Source: Callorhinchus milii (lineage: Eukaryota). From it: DNA of 64,000 nt. Below the pieces are notes generated by a model. It saw nothing but the letters and a program-made list of their open reading frames with translations, searched no databases and was not told the DNA's origin. Within the stretch, counting starts at the first letter, position 1; each line of letters begins with the position of its first letter. Both the position numbers and the translations under genes were made by a program. Below, piece after piece: positions 12,411 to 26,320 of this stretch. The stretch spans positions 62,001 to 126,000 of the forward strand of contig NW_024704877.1 of the NCBI RefSeq assembly GCF_018977255.1, given 5' to 3'.

Positions 12411-13049
12411 CGAGAAGACTGCGGCGTGAAATCCCTGACCTTGAAAGCGACCATTAAAATACTTTCAGTGAGATGTGGGGTGATGGGGTGCGCTGTTTCT
12501 TGTAATTGAGGGTATGGAGTGACAGTTGGGTAAAGGTTTGGCATATTCAGTGTACGGGTTCTCACATTCCTCTGATGCCGGCGTCATCTGCTCAGGTAAG
12601 CATTTTCAGTCTCCCATCATGTTTTTCAATCCTCATATTTTCGGTAAAACCACAGTTTGAGAAACGCTGAAAGAGATTGTATTCCACATTGTGTCAGGTT
12701 ATTATTACATCTCTAATTTGGAGGGTTGCCCTGCACTGCCATGCCCCAACCCCCCCCAACCACCCACCCACCACCACCACCGCCCTCCGCCGTCGCTCAA
12801 TGTTGATTTTCTTTATTTTCCCTTTGTCTGCTCAGGAGAGGCTTCATTCATTGATTCAGACTTGTTTTTAAACCGGAACAAATATATGTTGAAATCCGAA
12901 ATGATTCCTTAGGGTGTTTCATCCAAGACAGTCCCTCAATCTCTCCGACTTCTGGTTTCCTGGGTTTATTTGGCAAATTGCTGCGAAATATAGACCGTGC
13001 TTACAGACAGTGTTTACTTTCTTCATTGTCCTCATTATCTTCTGAGATC

Positions 13050-13470
13050 CCCATTGCACAGCAGGAACTTTCAGTCCCTTCCTTACGCTCTCAGGCTCTC
13101 AGACTCCCATTAGATAGTAGGTAATCTCTCTTTTCATCCTCTCAGGCCCCTTTTGCACCAAAGTTATTGTCATTCCCTTCCTCACCCTCTCCCACCCCCA
13201 TTGCACAGGAGGTGCTATCTCTCCTCACCCAGGAGACTCCCATTGCACAGCAGATATACTATAACTCCTCACCCTCGCGGACTTCCATTGCACAGCAGAT
13301 AGTGCTATTTCTCTGCTCACACTCTCAATCCCCATTGCACCTGAGGTATTGTCTCTCCCCACCTTCTCAGACCCCATTGTCTCTCAGGTGGTGTCTCTCC
13401 TAACTCTCTCAGCCTCCTCTTGCACAGCAGTTACTGTTCCTGCTCACACTCTCAGACCCCATTGCAGACC
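13050..13470. repeat. Degenerate minisatellite with a cccattgcacagcag core
   Basis: About 8 recurrences of cccattg(c)acag at roughly 40-50 bp spacing. Confidence 0.65.
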
Positions 13471-13875
13471 CCATTGAATTGCAGGTAATGTCATTCCACC
13501 CCAGTCACTTCACTCTTAATGCACAGAAGCTACTTCTAAATGATTTGGGACGTCATTCTAACCTGCAGTTCACAGCATGAACTCATCTTGTGTCCTTTTG
13601 AAGCTGGGTAAGATATTTGTGGGTAAATTCATGCTACTCAGCACAACAATAAATACGTGCACTGATACAGCGCACTCCACGCAGGTAGTATCTCAGGGCG
13701 CTTAACGACTACCTCGATCACCTGACAAATATCTAAATGTGGATTTCTCACTCTACATTTCTGATGATTGTTTCTGTTTTGATCTGTTTGCTGTCTGCAG
13801 TTAATTTCTCTGTCAATCACTAGGTACGTTCTTTGTATTATAATAACTCATATCACGTTAAATCTTCCACTACAG

Positions 13876-14189
13876 AACATTATCCCCAAAATTAATTGGT
13901 GGAAGCAATGCCTGTTCCGGCAGAGTTGAATTGCAGCGCGATTATAAATCAGGAACCATCTGCGATCATTATTGGGATTTACAGGACGCCGATGTGCTCT
14001 GCAGGCAATTGGATTGTGGGTTCGCTTTGTCAACTGGTTCTGGAACACAGTTTGGGAAAGAAACAGGTCTTATCTGGAAAACTAACTTCAATTGTGTCGG
14101 TAATGAATCCTTAGTGTCGGACTGTCCTGTATCATTCTGGGAGAAGTTCAGCTGTACACATGACCATGATGTTACTGTTGTATGTTCCG
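13876..14189 (+). CDS. SRCR domain exon 1
   Basis: PKLIGGSNACSGRVEL...TICDHYWDLQDADVLCRQLDCG...CTHDHDVTVVCS. Confidence 0.9.
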
Positions 14190-15013
14190 GTGAGTGAAAT
14201 AATAATTCTTAGATTTGATACAGTTCATTACTAAATGATTATTATTAAGTCATTCAGACTTCTCAACGCGCTTCTAATAATATAACTTAACGAAATCTGA
14301 CTCATATTTTATCGGCGGAAAAGCTAAAAACTTAAAAAATAATGGGTTATACTCTTTAAAAGTAAAATCTACCTTTGATTAAATGATACGCTCTCTGTCT
14401 TAGAAAATCTAATCTATTGTGTGCGTAAGATTTGCGGTTAGTTATTATTCAGGTATCAGAGGTGACAGCAATCTCCATCTCTAAAAATAAGCACAAACCA
14501 AAACTGTTGCTTCTTTGGATTTTCAAAATTAGCCAATTTGCCCCGAGTCCGTAAAATTATATTTATTTTATTATTACATACGAGAGCATAGACTCCTGAG
14601 ACAAAGTGTTTACTCCTAATTCCCATACAGTTGCCTGGTCCTGATAAAGTACAATCTCTGGTTTTAGACTGTGACGATAATGCTCTTCTGCTACAAATGC
14701 AATGATGCTTTACAATATTCTCCTTCTCTTCACGATTGTTTTTCCTTCTAGCACATGTGGTGATTTGTGCACATGGGCTGGAGGCTGCTATAATTTTTTG
14801 TGTTATTGTCTGTTGATTATGTGTAGCTGTGAACACCAGTAGCATCGTCGTCTGTGAAATTTCGTGTAATTTCTACGTTATTATGTATATTTCTGTGAAT
14901 TTTGTCGAGTATATTGTCAAATTCGAAAGGCCTGTTTTTAATTACGAATATGATAAACTTATCTTCAGCTCTCACAGCTTTGATGGTGAAATTGTGCCTT
15001 GAAATCTTTGCAG

Positions 15014-15328
15014 GTGAACAGTGGCATTTACGGTAAGAGAGCGGTGGGAGCCGCTGTGATGGGCGAGTGGAGATTTATCATGAAGGCACCTGGGGCAGAT
15101 TACTGGATGATTCCTGGAATATATCAGATGGCAATGTCATCTGCCGACAGCTAAACTGTGGCTCTGCTATTTCAGTCTACTACTCTTCCCAGTACGGGGA
15201 AGGCAGTGGACCTGTGTGGATCAATAATGTTCAGTGCGTAGGAAGCGAGACACACATCTGGAGCTGCCCACATTCCACAGTGGCTTCATCCTCCGGGAGC
15301 AGCCGGGATGTGGGAGTTCTTTGTTCGG
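15014..15328 (+). CDS. SRCR domain exon 2 (in-frame TAA; lacks some canonical Cys)
   Basis: [30 protein letters not shown]...RDVGVLCS; 315 nt. Confidence 0.9.
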
Positions 15329-15811
15329 GTGAGTGCAGTTGACTGATAAATAGAATAAGTGGAATAAATCTTTGTTAATTTTGGTAACACATTGCTAGAT
15401 AACTTATATTATGCCTCTCTCTCGGTGATTGCTCATCTTAATTGATGTAGAAATGCCCGCCAGTTTGAATTCTTCCGCCTCTGATGCTGGGACAAGAGAA
15501 TGAACGTCAATACACAATGAAAGTTCACACACGTACATTGACGATCAATTAATTTTTTGGATGATGAATGATATCAAACCGCAGACGTTCTGTTTATATC
15601 CTAAATAGAAGCTTGACATATTGTTTTACTTTGCAACAGAACACAAACAGCTAACATTAAATGAATCAAATTGGAAAACATTTCGTACTGGAGTTCAGAG
15701 TTCAAGTGAGTGAACGTTTACCAATATTCTTTATTTCACGAGGAGGTTTTAAATAGCATTTTAAATTGGTGCATGTTATACCTTCAATTAAAGTTTCCTC
15801 ATTTTCAACAG

Positions 15812-16126
15812 AAGATGTTCAGATCAGACTGATGGACGGCGGGAGTTCGTGTGCTGGGAGAGTGGAGATTTACTACAACGGAACCTGGGGGACGGTGTGT
15901 GATGACTCCTGGGGATCAATTGAGTCGAATGTTGTGTGCAAACAGCTGGGATGTGGATCTGCAGTTCATACAACATCTGCGGCCACTTGTGGACGAGCCT
16001 CAGCTCCAGTTTGGCTGGATGACGTGAGATGTTCAGGAAAGGAATCAGCTCTCTGGGAATGTCCCTCTTCTCCATGGGGGCAACATGACTGTTATCATAA
16101 AGAAGATGTGAGCATCGTGTGTGAAG
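15812..16126 (+). CDS. SRCR domain exon 3
   Basis: [30 protein letters not shown]...CYHKEDVSIVCE; 315 nt, open. Confidence 0.92.
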
Positions 16127-16404
16127 GTAAGAGATTAATCACTTTGCCTTACATCAGCAAATTCTACTGATTGGGTGTGAGCTTGGATCAGATTTTAGCA
16201 CTTTCTCCGTTCAGGTAAATGATATTAGGTTTCAAACGCCTCATGGAATAATTTTGGCAAAAGCTAACAATTCAGTGCAGTAATCTTTGCCTCCGAGGGT
16301 GTAACTACATGTTCACGTGAGAAAAAATTATCCCACGGGCAATGCTGGAAAAGGCAAGGATGATTCCCACTGTGCCCGGGCCAACTATACTGGCGATGAA
16401 ACAT

Positions 16405-16746
16405 GTGGAGTCCTGTAGCTCAGGTGGAGTCCTGTAGCTCAGTGGTTTGATCACTGGCTTTGCAAGTGAGAGACGTGAGTTCAATTCCAGGTAGGGCGAG
16501 ACCTTAGGCAAGTTTCCTTGCTCCACAAAGAGCCTAATAATAATCCCTCCAAAAATCAAAAACAATAATAAATTGGTCATTTTTCAATCCAGGACTGTTT
16601 GTGGGACATTGCTGTGCGCAACTGGCTGCCGCGTTTGCCCACAAAATACAATCAATTCACTTTACAGTGTGTTCTGTGAAGCGCTTTAGGACGCACTCCT
16701 ACGTGAAAAGCGCTATATCAAATGCAAGGATTATTATTATTATTGT
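16405..16746 (+). mobile_element. tRNA-derived SINE with L2-like tail and (ATT)n end; 19-bp duplication of its 5' end
   Basis: gtggagtcctgtagctcag occurs twice, followed by A/B-box-like sequence, tttgtgggacattgctgtgcgcaa core, gtgaagcgcttt tail and attattatt. Confidence 0.85.
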
Positions 16747-16835
16747 CATTATCTTCTATTTGTGGTTAGATGCGGGATATTGTATGGCATTATGTGTCTA
16801 GATGTTCCGTCACCACAGTGAGAAACAGCTGTAAA

Positions 16836-17146
16836 AATAATAATAATAAGCCTTGAATTTGATATAGCGCTTTTTACGTCGGGAGGACGACCCAAAGCGC
16901 TTCACAGAATACACTGTAAAGTGATTTGTCTGTTTATTTGTGGGCGAACGCGACAGCCAATTGCGCACAGCAATGTCCCACAAACAGTCGTAAATTGAAA
17001 CTGACCAATTTATTATTGTTTTTGGAGGGATTAGTATTAGGCTCTGCGTGTAGTAAGGAAACTTGCCCAAGGTTTCGCTCTCTGCCTGAAATTGAACTCA
17101 GGTCTCTCGCTTGCAAAGCGAGTGCTCTAACCACTGAGCTACAGGA
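16836..17146 (-). mobile_element. tRNA-derived SINE, tail-to-tail with the preceding copy
   Basis: Reverse complement of the same consensus from the (AAT)n tail to ctgagctacagga. Confidence 0.85.
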
Positions 17147-17210
17147 GGTAGATTGACTACGTTGCAGTTGAGAGATTTCAATTCTATCATACCACCATGT
17201 TGCCTCACAG

Positions 17211-17525
17211 AGCACAAGATGCTGCGGCTGGCGAATGGGCTACATTCCTGCGAGGGGAGAGTGGAAGTGTTTTACAATGGGACCTGGGGCACAGTCTGCT
17301 CGGACTCCATGGGAATCGACGAAGCTGAGGTAATCTGCAAACAGTTAGATTGTGGCAAATCTCTCGAAGTTGAATATGATGGAAAATTTGACGAAGGATC
17401 TGGACCTATTTGGTTGGATGACATGGAGTGCAATTCAAACGAATCCTTCTTGTGGCAGTGCTCCTCACGACCTTGGGGTGAACATAACTGTGTTCATTCG
17501 GAAGATGTGGGTGTGATGTGTTCAG
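17211..17525 (+). CDS. SRCR domain exon 4
   Basis: LRLANGLHSCEGRVEVFYNGTWGTVCSDS...CVHSEDVGVMCS; 315 nt, open. Confidence 0.92.
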
Positions 17526-18190
17526 GTAGTAAAATGTCCCTTAGTTCACATCTCTGATTAAATATTTATTGTATTTATGTTTGAACCAGTTTGCTTATCT
17601 GATGTATGTTTGATGCAGAGAAAGCTCCGGAAAAAACGGAGAGGGCAAAACTATGCGATGGGAGATCACCGGATCAGCAGATTCGTTTATCAGGTACTGA
17701 ATGAAAAATAAATGAATGAACAGAATTTGTATTTGTTATCAAATCATTCGCATCAGATGGAATTCTAAGTGCGCTTCACATTATCTACTGTAACGAGCTT
17801 TGACTGTAAAAATAATAATCCTTCCATTGGATAATGCGCTTTTCACGTTTTCCTGAATTGCAAACCGCTTCACGGAATTTACTGGAAAGTGAAGCGACTG
17901 CATATTTGTGGGCTAAACGCGGCAGACAATTGAGGAAAGCGGTGTCCCACAACCAATTATCGATCTAGTGATCAAATTATTATCACTAATATTTACTTTT
18001 GAAGGTTTATTTATAACAGATCCTGTAAATAATACTTTACATGATAAATTCGTTTGATGACAATATGGAAGATTGCGTATTTTACTGGTTTGAGTAACCA
18101 ACATGTGACATGAATACTGTCTATCAATACTTCCTCCCGACGTGAAATGCGCTATACGAATGTAATCTTGTTGTTGTTGTTGCTGTCTGA

Positions 18191-18585
<395 letters not shown>

Positions 18586-19046
18586 TGACATCACTTCAAG
18601 CTAGAAATGGAATTGTGAATGGATTAATGGTGTCGGTGATGTTTTACAGGTAAACCTCCCAGACCGCCAATCCAAACCCCATCCTTTGGTAAATAACACA
18701 ATTGCTCGCCTTCTTGATGATGTGTTGCTTAACATTCATAGATATTACCACTCGGTATTGTCTTTGATTCGTAAACAAGGAAATATACTTAAACAGCACA
18801 TTTGTAAACTAACCTGTCAGAAGTCAACTTTTTAGAAATTAACAGGCTGTTTAACTTCAGGAAAAGATCTTCATATATTCCATTATTCGCATGGTTCGGG
18901 CATTCTTCTGACTACACTGTGCAACGTGTCATACATTATTTGGCCTGAGATATTCTTCAGTATAGTATGAAGATATGTCGTTATAATTTCGAAAGTGTGA
19001 CTCCCACATATTAAAATAACCAATGTTATGTCCTTGGTTTACAAAG

Positions 19047-19154
19047 TCCAGCTGATCAACATCCCTTTTGTGGTCTGCATCGCGCTTGGAATCCTGTTAG
19101 CAATGGTACTGTTTGTACTGATTGTACAGATGGACAGCAATTCTTCAGTAACAG
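19047..19154 (+). CDS. Transmembrane exon of the SRCR receptor
   Basis: IPFVVCIALGILLAMVLFVLIV hydrophobic run; phase 1/1, 108 nt. Confidence 0.85.
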
Positions 19155-19778
19155 GTGAGCCTGGAATCTGGTCTCACAGCACTGCCTGGAGCTCGTTATC
19201 AATACAGATAAAATCCTTTTGACGTTTCTATGTCTTGTCACTTTTGTTAATTTTGTACTCTTGTCTGTTTTAACTGTCACGATTTCATTGCTATGTTCAC
19301 ATGTATCTCTAAAGTTGAACAAACTGAAACTAAAGACATATACGTTCAAATGCGTAGCTCAAATACAAACACAGATGCATAAAGTAAACCCATCAGACAC
19401 AAGTAGGCCTCAACGTAAGACTGAGCACACCAACATATTTTTCATTAAAGTATACAAAAAAAGGATTTAAACTGACACAAAAACGTAGATACCCAAAGGA
19501 TCACAAATACACAGTTGTATTAAGACACCAACACACAGAGTGAGTAGATATTTGTAGATACCTAAAGACAAATGCACAGTCATATTTATCGATTGAAACA
19601 AACACTTACAAAAACAAGTATACTGATGAATATTGAGGCAATAGTGACGATGATATATTGATATTTTCAAATAATAATACTAACGTAACATGTTCCAAAT
19701 ATTTACACATCAATTTCAAACTCCACTGTGCAATTTCAGGTTAATATTTTAATTTCTGTATATGTCAACTTCCAACAG

Positions 19779-22613
19779 AGGAAAAATATCCGTCTGTTCG
19801 TTTGTATCAAGCAATTTATGAAGAAATTGAGGAACGACCAATCAGAAGAAGAAATTTTGAGTCTGGCTCCTCTGGTACATACTTTACAATCATGTTTATT
19901 GTATCCGCATCATTGTACAAAAAACATCAACATTAGTATCCCAATTGGTGGCAAATGCAAATGATTGAATGCGCTGTGGATAGGATTTCAAGCTTTTATT
20001 CAGAGAACTGAAAAAGCCACATCTTGTTGCGTTGTATCAATTTACCCATTTAATAGAGAGAAAACCTACTCAATACTTCAATTTGCTCGGTCTTTCAATT
20101 TTCAAATATTATCAACAAAGATTTCTGCACTTACCAATTAAATTAAGTTACATTATTTAATTTAATATACAATAAAATAACTGTTAGATAGTGGGCTTTA
20201 TTACTTCACTAAAACGAAACCTACAGAAAGCAAATATAAGCGATGGTTATAGCGTGTCTGTAGTCCAGCGAATATCCAAAATAATACCATGTTGTCAAAT
20301 GTATCATTTGTAGCCTAAACAGAGGCAGTATTCAAAAATCATATTAATATTATTTAACCAACTCGCTCGTGGTATGTTAAAGATTTTCGCTTGATCAACG
20401 TCATATTTTTGAGCGGTTGACCATATTTTTATCCATGGAAAGTGATCCACGATTTCGGAAAATAACTCTCATTTTTGATACCTTTCTTCATTTTGATATT
20501 GGAGTTGAATTAGGCTCTAAGAACCTCTGTAATGGGACACTAATGTCAATATTTGCACAGTTTCAGGATCCAACGATTCTATCAGTAAACTGGAGTACTA
20601 CACTGGGGAGAGTTTGAACGGATCTGATGCAGAACAAGGAAACGCTGAAGTGTTTCTTCCGAATGGTGAGTGAGTGAAATAATTATTGTATGCGATACAG
20701 CCTCTGATTAATTCGACGAGACGTTTCAAAGCACTCCACATTCTTCAGTGTGACTTGTAGTGATTGTGTATCTCCTGATGAACTGGAAAGGCAATTTGTG
20801 CGCAAAATATGCACAGTAATCAGGAGGAACGTGGGGCAACGCTGCAGTATAAGAACTATTTCCCTTTTGAGATTTGCAACATTTAAATTCCAGCTAAACA
20901 GGCAAACGGAGCTCAATGCACTGCACTCCCCCAGTACTGCCTTGAAGAGCTATCCAGAGTGTGATCTTAGTCCCCGAGTGGATTACAATCAGAACCTTCC
21001 GACCCAGAGGCTAAAGAGCTCCCAATTTATCCAGTTTTCACAGTAAAACAAGCTTTAATCTTCAGATAAAGTATCCCAAAAGAAATTCAGGACTTTTTCA
21101 TAGTTCAGGCATAAGATACATTGAGCACCACTGTGTCCAAATTTGGGTGGATATGGATAGACATTTGGGGAACAAATTTGCAGGCTCTGGGTAGAGCGCG
21201 GAAGAGTTGGAGTAATTTTGGTCGCTCTTTCAATAGATGGACTGAGTGGCCTCCTTCTGTGCTGTACAATATTACGATATCTGCCTCCTTTTCCTATCTG
21301 AATGTTTGAGTGCGTAAGACTGACTCCCTGTTATCAGATCATCTTCAGGAAGATTATGATTATGACGTCGCTGAGAGCGGAACCTTCGAGATGGCGGAAC
21401 GTGACCTTCTCCTGGTCACTGACACACACCCTGATGTTCCCTCACTGACCAGCCCCACTGTCCAGGAAGCCTCGCTCTCTCAGGGTAACAGCCTAACTGT
21501 CATGTCTTAACTTACTGCGGGAGATATTTAATCAGCAACCCATCTGGGAGCAACACTCATTATCACAATCACGATCTTTATCAATCCTACTATCGATACA
21601 GCAATGTCACGGCATTAGGATAACAACAACAAAATTACATTTGTTCTGCGTCTTTGAACTTTGGAAGTCCCGGATACACTTTAGTGTGTAGTGACTGCAT
21701 ATATGGTCGGTTGATATGTGTTTGCACCAATGGCTTCCTAATAGCGAAGCTGGTGATATTTGTCCTTGCTGTGGTTTCTAAAGGTAGAAAAATTATGGGT
21801 CGATGTGAAATCTGAAACGGATATTTCTCGGGTTCCTCAATTCAACTCCGAAGCTGCTTGTAATGTCAATGTTTTTACATGCAAAATGTTCCGCTGTGTA
21901 ATGTCAAAAATTGCACATAAAGAATGTTGCTGCGACTTACCGATGAACACAGATATCCTTGTTTCTATGTCTTGTCAATCACAATCATGATGTCATTGAA
22001 GAAATGACATTTTACACCACTGCAATCAATTATTTAAATAACTGTTTCAAAATTATTTGTCCCATTAAAATTTAACAAGTCAAAAGGAATTCCATCTTGA
22101 TCACCCAACCCATCTAATGCTAAATATTCTAATTGTAGTAATGGATGTAAAACATACAATCACAAATACACGATGGTTATCTCTCCAGTCTGTGTGTGTC
22201 CCTCTCACGGGCACAGAGTTACACACAAAACATACACAGACACCCACGAAGCATACACACTCACAGACACAGGCGGACACACGCACACATTGACACACAC
22301 AAGGAAAACAACACAGACACTCACAGACAGACAGACATTCATAGACAAACACTCAAACAACACGTAGAGACACACAGACACACACATTCACATACACGCA
22401 GACACACAGTGTCTCCTTTCTCAATGTAATAATTAGATCATGGTTCTCTCTACAGAGGGTGGACACCACACAGACAGTGACCCGCTGATTCCTGTTGACT
22501 CCAGTCAGTGTGATTATGATTATGATGATATTGACTGTGAGAATGACACCGAGAAGCACAGGCCGCTTCCCATTGGGAATCAAAGGGCATCTCCCGAGCT
22601 TTGCACCGTCTAA
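19779..22613 (+). CDS. Four cytoplasmic-tail exons with AIYEEIE, LEYY, EDYDYDVAE and DYDYDDID motifs
   Basis: Exons 19779-19874, 20561-20665, 21338-21484 and 22456-22613 splice in frame to a TAA stop. Confidence 0.8.
22160..22410. repeat. (CA)-rich low-complexity intronic tract
   Basis: acacacagacac-type runs. Confidence 0.8.
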
Positions 22614-24639
22614 TCGCAACATCCACATCAAACAGGTGAGTTTAGGTCTTCATGATTTACAGCATTACTCACATCACAGAAAGCCGCCAATGATTGATAT
22701 TATCGTCCTGTTGACATGTGTACTCGTAGTCACAGTTACAGGTGATTGTAATGGTTATACAACTTGACCAGCAACGGTCAGTGATTTTAATCATTCACAA
22801 TCCTGACTGGAGGCTAATATTAGACAGAATGGCAGTGGTCATGTGCATTTGTCCCACATGTCTTCACGCCAATGATGATGAACTAAAATTAAAAGCTTCT
22901 TGTCAGCAATTTCACAGTGATGTGATCCATGGTTGGTTGCGACTGAAACGATAATTTGTATTTACCATTCTAAACTGTTGAAACTATTTTCTTTATTTGA
23001 CTCAGAGATTATTTTTCCTATACTTTACTCGCCGAACTTTTATGTTATTTTCTGAATCAAAATTTAATTACACATTCTGCTATTTGAGCGTAAAAAGTCC
23101 TTCTTCCTTTGTAAATGTGGTATCAAATGGCAGAAAGATTAACTAAAATAGTTGGAAACAGTCTCTCAAACAGCAGCCGCTGAACGAAACCCAAGTAACC
23201 GCCCAAGAGATTGTCAAAGCCAATGTGCTGTACTTTAGGGTGTTATAAATGGATCAGTATTATGTTATTGATGAGAATAAACTTATTTCCTTAAAATAAT
23301 ATCTTTTATTGTCTATTTTACAGAGCCAACCGAAATTTCATCACCAATAATTATTGATTATCTTTAGATAGAAACCAGTGAATAAGATGAATATACACGT
23401 TCCACCAGCATACCAACGCAATTAATATGAACCCGTGTCACATATTTCTGTGATAGCAATTTCCATGTGTGCTCTGTGTAAAACATTCCTCTGTGATTTT
23501 CAGAAGGATTTGTTTGCATTTCAGGTTGAAAATAACGTGTGTTTTATACATTGAAGTAATCTGATGCCTGTATTAGTGCTATCATATTACACAGAAAATT
23601 GTTGCATTTTTATCCTTTACTATTTTGTTTTGAATTTGCTTTGATGCTTACGATTCTAGACTGCAATAGAGCTTAAGTTTTTTTTATTTCCCGTCATTTT
23701 AAAAGATTTATTGTGAAAAAAATATTAGATTCCTGCGCATATTTCTTGAGATTATTTGCTGAATTTTATCAATCAAGTTATTGTATCGACGAAAGAGAAA
23801 TTGGTCAATTGGATAAAAACGGATCCAGTTTCAGATGAAGTGTGTATCCGAACCAGAAAGTTCTGTGATTATTCTGTAAACTGCAGCGAATGTTAGTTTT
23901 GGGATTAATACTAAAAGTTCAAGAAGAGCAAACAAAAGAGAATTGATGTTTTGACAGCACCCATCGTATCTGACGAGAGAGATTTCTGCTGTTAACTGTT
24001 CACCTATTTAACAAAAAGATTGTAAATGTTGAGTGAAAATCAAATAGACTTCAATAAATATCAAATGAACATGAAACCGCCCAGTTGTTTGTCATTGTTT
24101 TCAAATGCACAACACACTAACCACTGACATCGGTCTGTCCCTGAATACACTAGATTGCAACAAAACAGCAGGTTCGTGATCTGAAATTCGGTGTCATTCT
24201 CAAGAAATTCAGTCTGGATCATTGAATCTGTCACACAAACAAACAAACAAACAAACAAGGAAATACATGGAAACATAGATGCATAGATAAATAGACAATT
24301 ATGTAAAGAAAAACAGTTTGCGAGGGACAGTTGGCAGAGTAATGTGTGAGATACTGAGTGGAGTGGGAAGATTGGCAGGGAGTGTGGGAATGTGGATCAG
24401 GGAAGAGAGATTTGCCCCCGGGGTCTGTGGTCGTTGGGCTTGGGGTGATAGTGGGGAATGGGGCAATCAGTGTGGCTGCTGCTGGGGCAGAGGGAGGCCG
24501 TGGAATCAACCAGTAATGATAAGAGATGAGGAGGAAGAAGAGAGTGGAGGACTGAAAGGGATTGACACGTTTAGAGTGTATAGATGTGGGGTAGAAAGCA
24601 GGAAGACGTGTTGGGTAGACGATACTGATGTGGGTAGAG

Positions 24640-25035
24640 GGTAGTTTTGTGGGGTACAGGGCAGTAGTGTGGGGTAGAGGGCAGTGGTGTGGTGTAGAGA
24701 GCAGTGATCTGGGGTAGAGGGCAGTGATGTGGGGTAGAGGTCAGTGATGTGGATTTGAGGGCAGTGACGTGGGTTAGAGGGCAATGATGTGGGGTAGAGG
24801 GCAGCAATATAGGGTAAAGGGCAGCGATGTGGGGTAGTGGGCAGTGATGTAGGGTACAGGGCAGTGATGTGAGTTAGAGGGCAGTGATGTGGGGTAGAGG
24901 GCAGTGATGTAGGGTAGAGGGCAGTGATGTGGGATAGAGGGCAGTGATGTGGGGTAGAGGGCAGTGATGTGGGGTAGAGGGCAGTGATGTGGGGCAGAGG
25001 GCAGTAATTGGGGTAGAGGGCAGTGATGTGGGGCT
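24640..25035. repeat. 20-bp minisatellite (gcagtgatgtggggtagagg), ~19 copies
   Basis: Direct 20-bp periodicity is visible. Confidence 0.92.
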
Positions 25036-25369
25036 GACCAAACCCGGCTGCTCGAGCGCAGTTGGCAAAAAATCTTCAAATCAAATGTGAAGTGCGAGGA
25101 GGTCATGGACTAATTTTCAACTGTAATAAATCATGTCCGCCTGACATCCTCATCCTCCTGCCTCTTGTCACCCACTAACACAGCCTTTCCGTGCCCCTCA
25201 GCCTCCCCCCTCTCTTCCTACATTCAGGGCAGCGCCTTTCTTCACCTCCTTCCCCCTCCCTCTCGCTCAGCCTCGGTAATATTTATTGTGAAGCGCTCTG
25301 AGACGCCGTCCGGCTTGGACGGCGCTACACATATCTAAGTTTTTGTTATTGATTTTCCATCAACTCCAC

Positions 25370-26320
25370 AGTCTCTGAGCTCCAATGTCTGTGCTCTGCC
25401 CTCTGTACCTGTGGCCTCCTGAGGCTCTGAGCTCCTATGTCTGTGCCCTGCCCTGTGCATCCGTGGCCTCCTGAGGCTCTGATCTCCAATATCTGTGCTG
25501 TGCCCTGGGTACGTGACCTCCTGAGGCTCTGACCTCTAATGTCTGTCCTGTGCCCTGGGTACCCGTGCCCTCCTGAGGCTCTGGGCTCCAATGTCTGTGC
25601 TGTGCCCTGTGTACCCGTGGCCTCCTGAGGCTCTGAACTCCAATGTATGTGCTGTGACCTGGGTACACGTGGCCTCCTGAGGTTCTGAGCTCCAATGTCT
25701 GTGCTGTGCCAGTGTACCGTGGCCTCCTGAGACTCTGAGCTCCAATGTCTGTGCTGTGCCTTGGGTACCCGCGGCCACCTGAGGCTCTGAGATCCAATGT
25801 CTGTGCTGTGCCCTGGGTACCCGTGCCCTCCTGAGGCTCTGGGCTCCAATGTCTGTGCTGTGCCAGCGTACCTTGGCCTCCTGAGGCTCTGAGCTGCAAT
25901 GTTTGTGCTTTGTTCAGGTTACCCGTCGGAACTTGAGGCCCTGAGCTCCAATGTCTGTGCGCTGCCCTGGTTACCCGTGGCCCCTTGAGGCTCTGAGCTC
26001 CAATCTCTGTGCCCTGCCCTTGGTACTCGTGGCCGCCTGAGGCTCTGAGCTCCAATGTCTGTGCTCTGCCCTTGGTACTCGTGGCCTCTTGAGGCTCTGA
26101 GCTCCAAGACCTGTGTCCTGCCCTGGGTATCCGTGGCCTCCTGAGGTTCTGAGCTCCAATGTCTCTGCCCTTCCCTGCATACCCATGGCCTCCTGAGGCT
26201 CTGAGCACTAATGTCTCTGCTCTGCCCTGGGTAGTCGTGGCCTCCTGAGGTTCTGAACTCCAATGTCTGTGCTCTGCCCTCTCTACCCGTGGCCTCCTGA
26301 GGCTCTGAGCTTCAATGTCA
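25370..26320. repeat. 52-bp GC-rich minisatellite, ~18 copies
   Basis: Unit ctgaggctctgagctccaatgtctgtgctgtgccctgggtacccgtggcctc; ctgagg recurs at 25419 and 25471. Confidence 0.92.

Noticed and set aside
24500-26320. Overlapping ORFs and a regular repeat that might suggest a CRISPR array or repetitive protein
   Set aside because: Head-to-tail minisatellites without unique spacers in a vertebrate genome; the ORFs are by-products.
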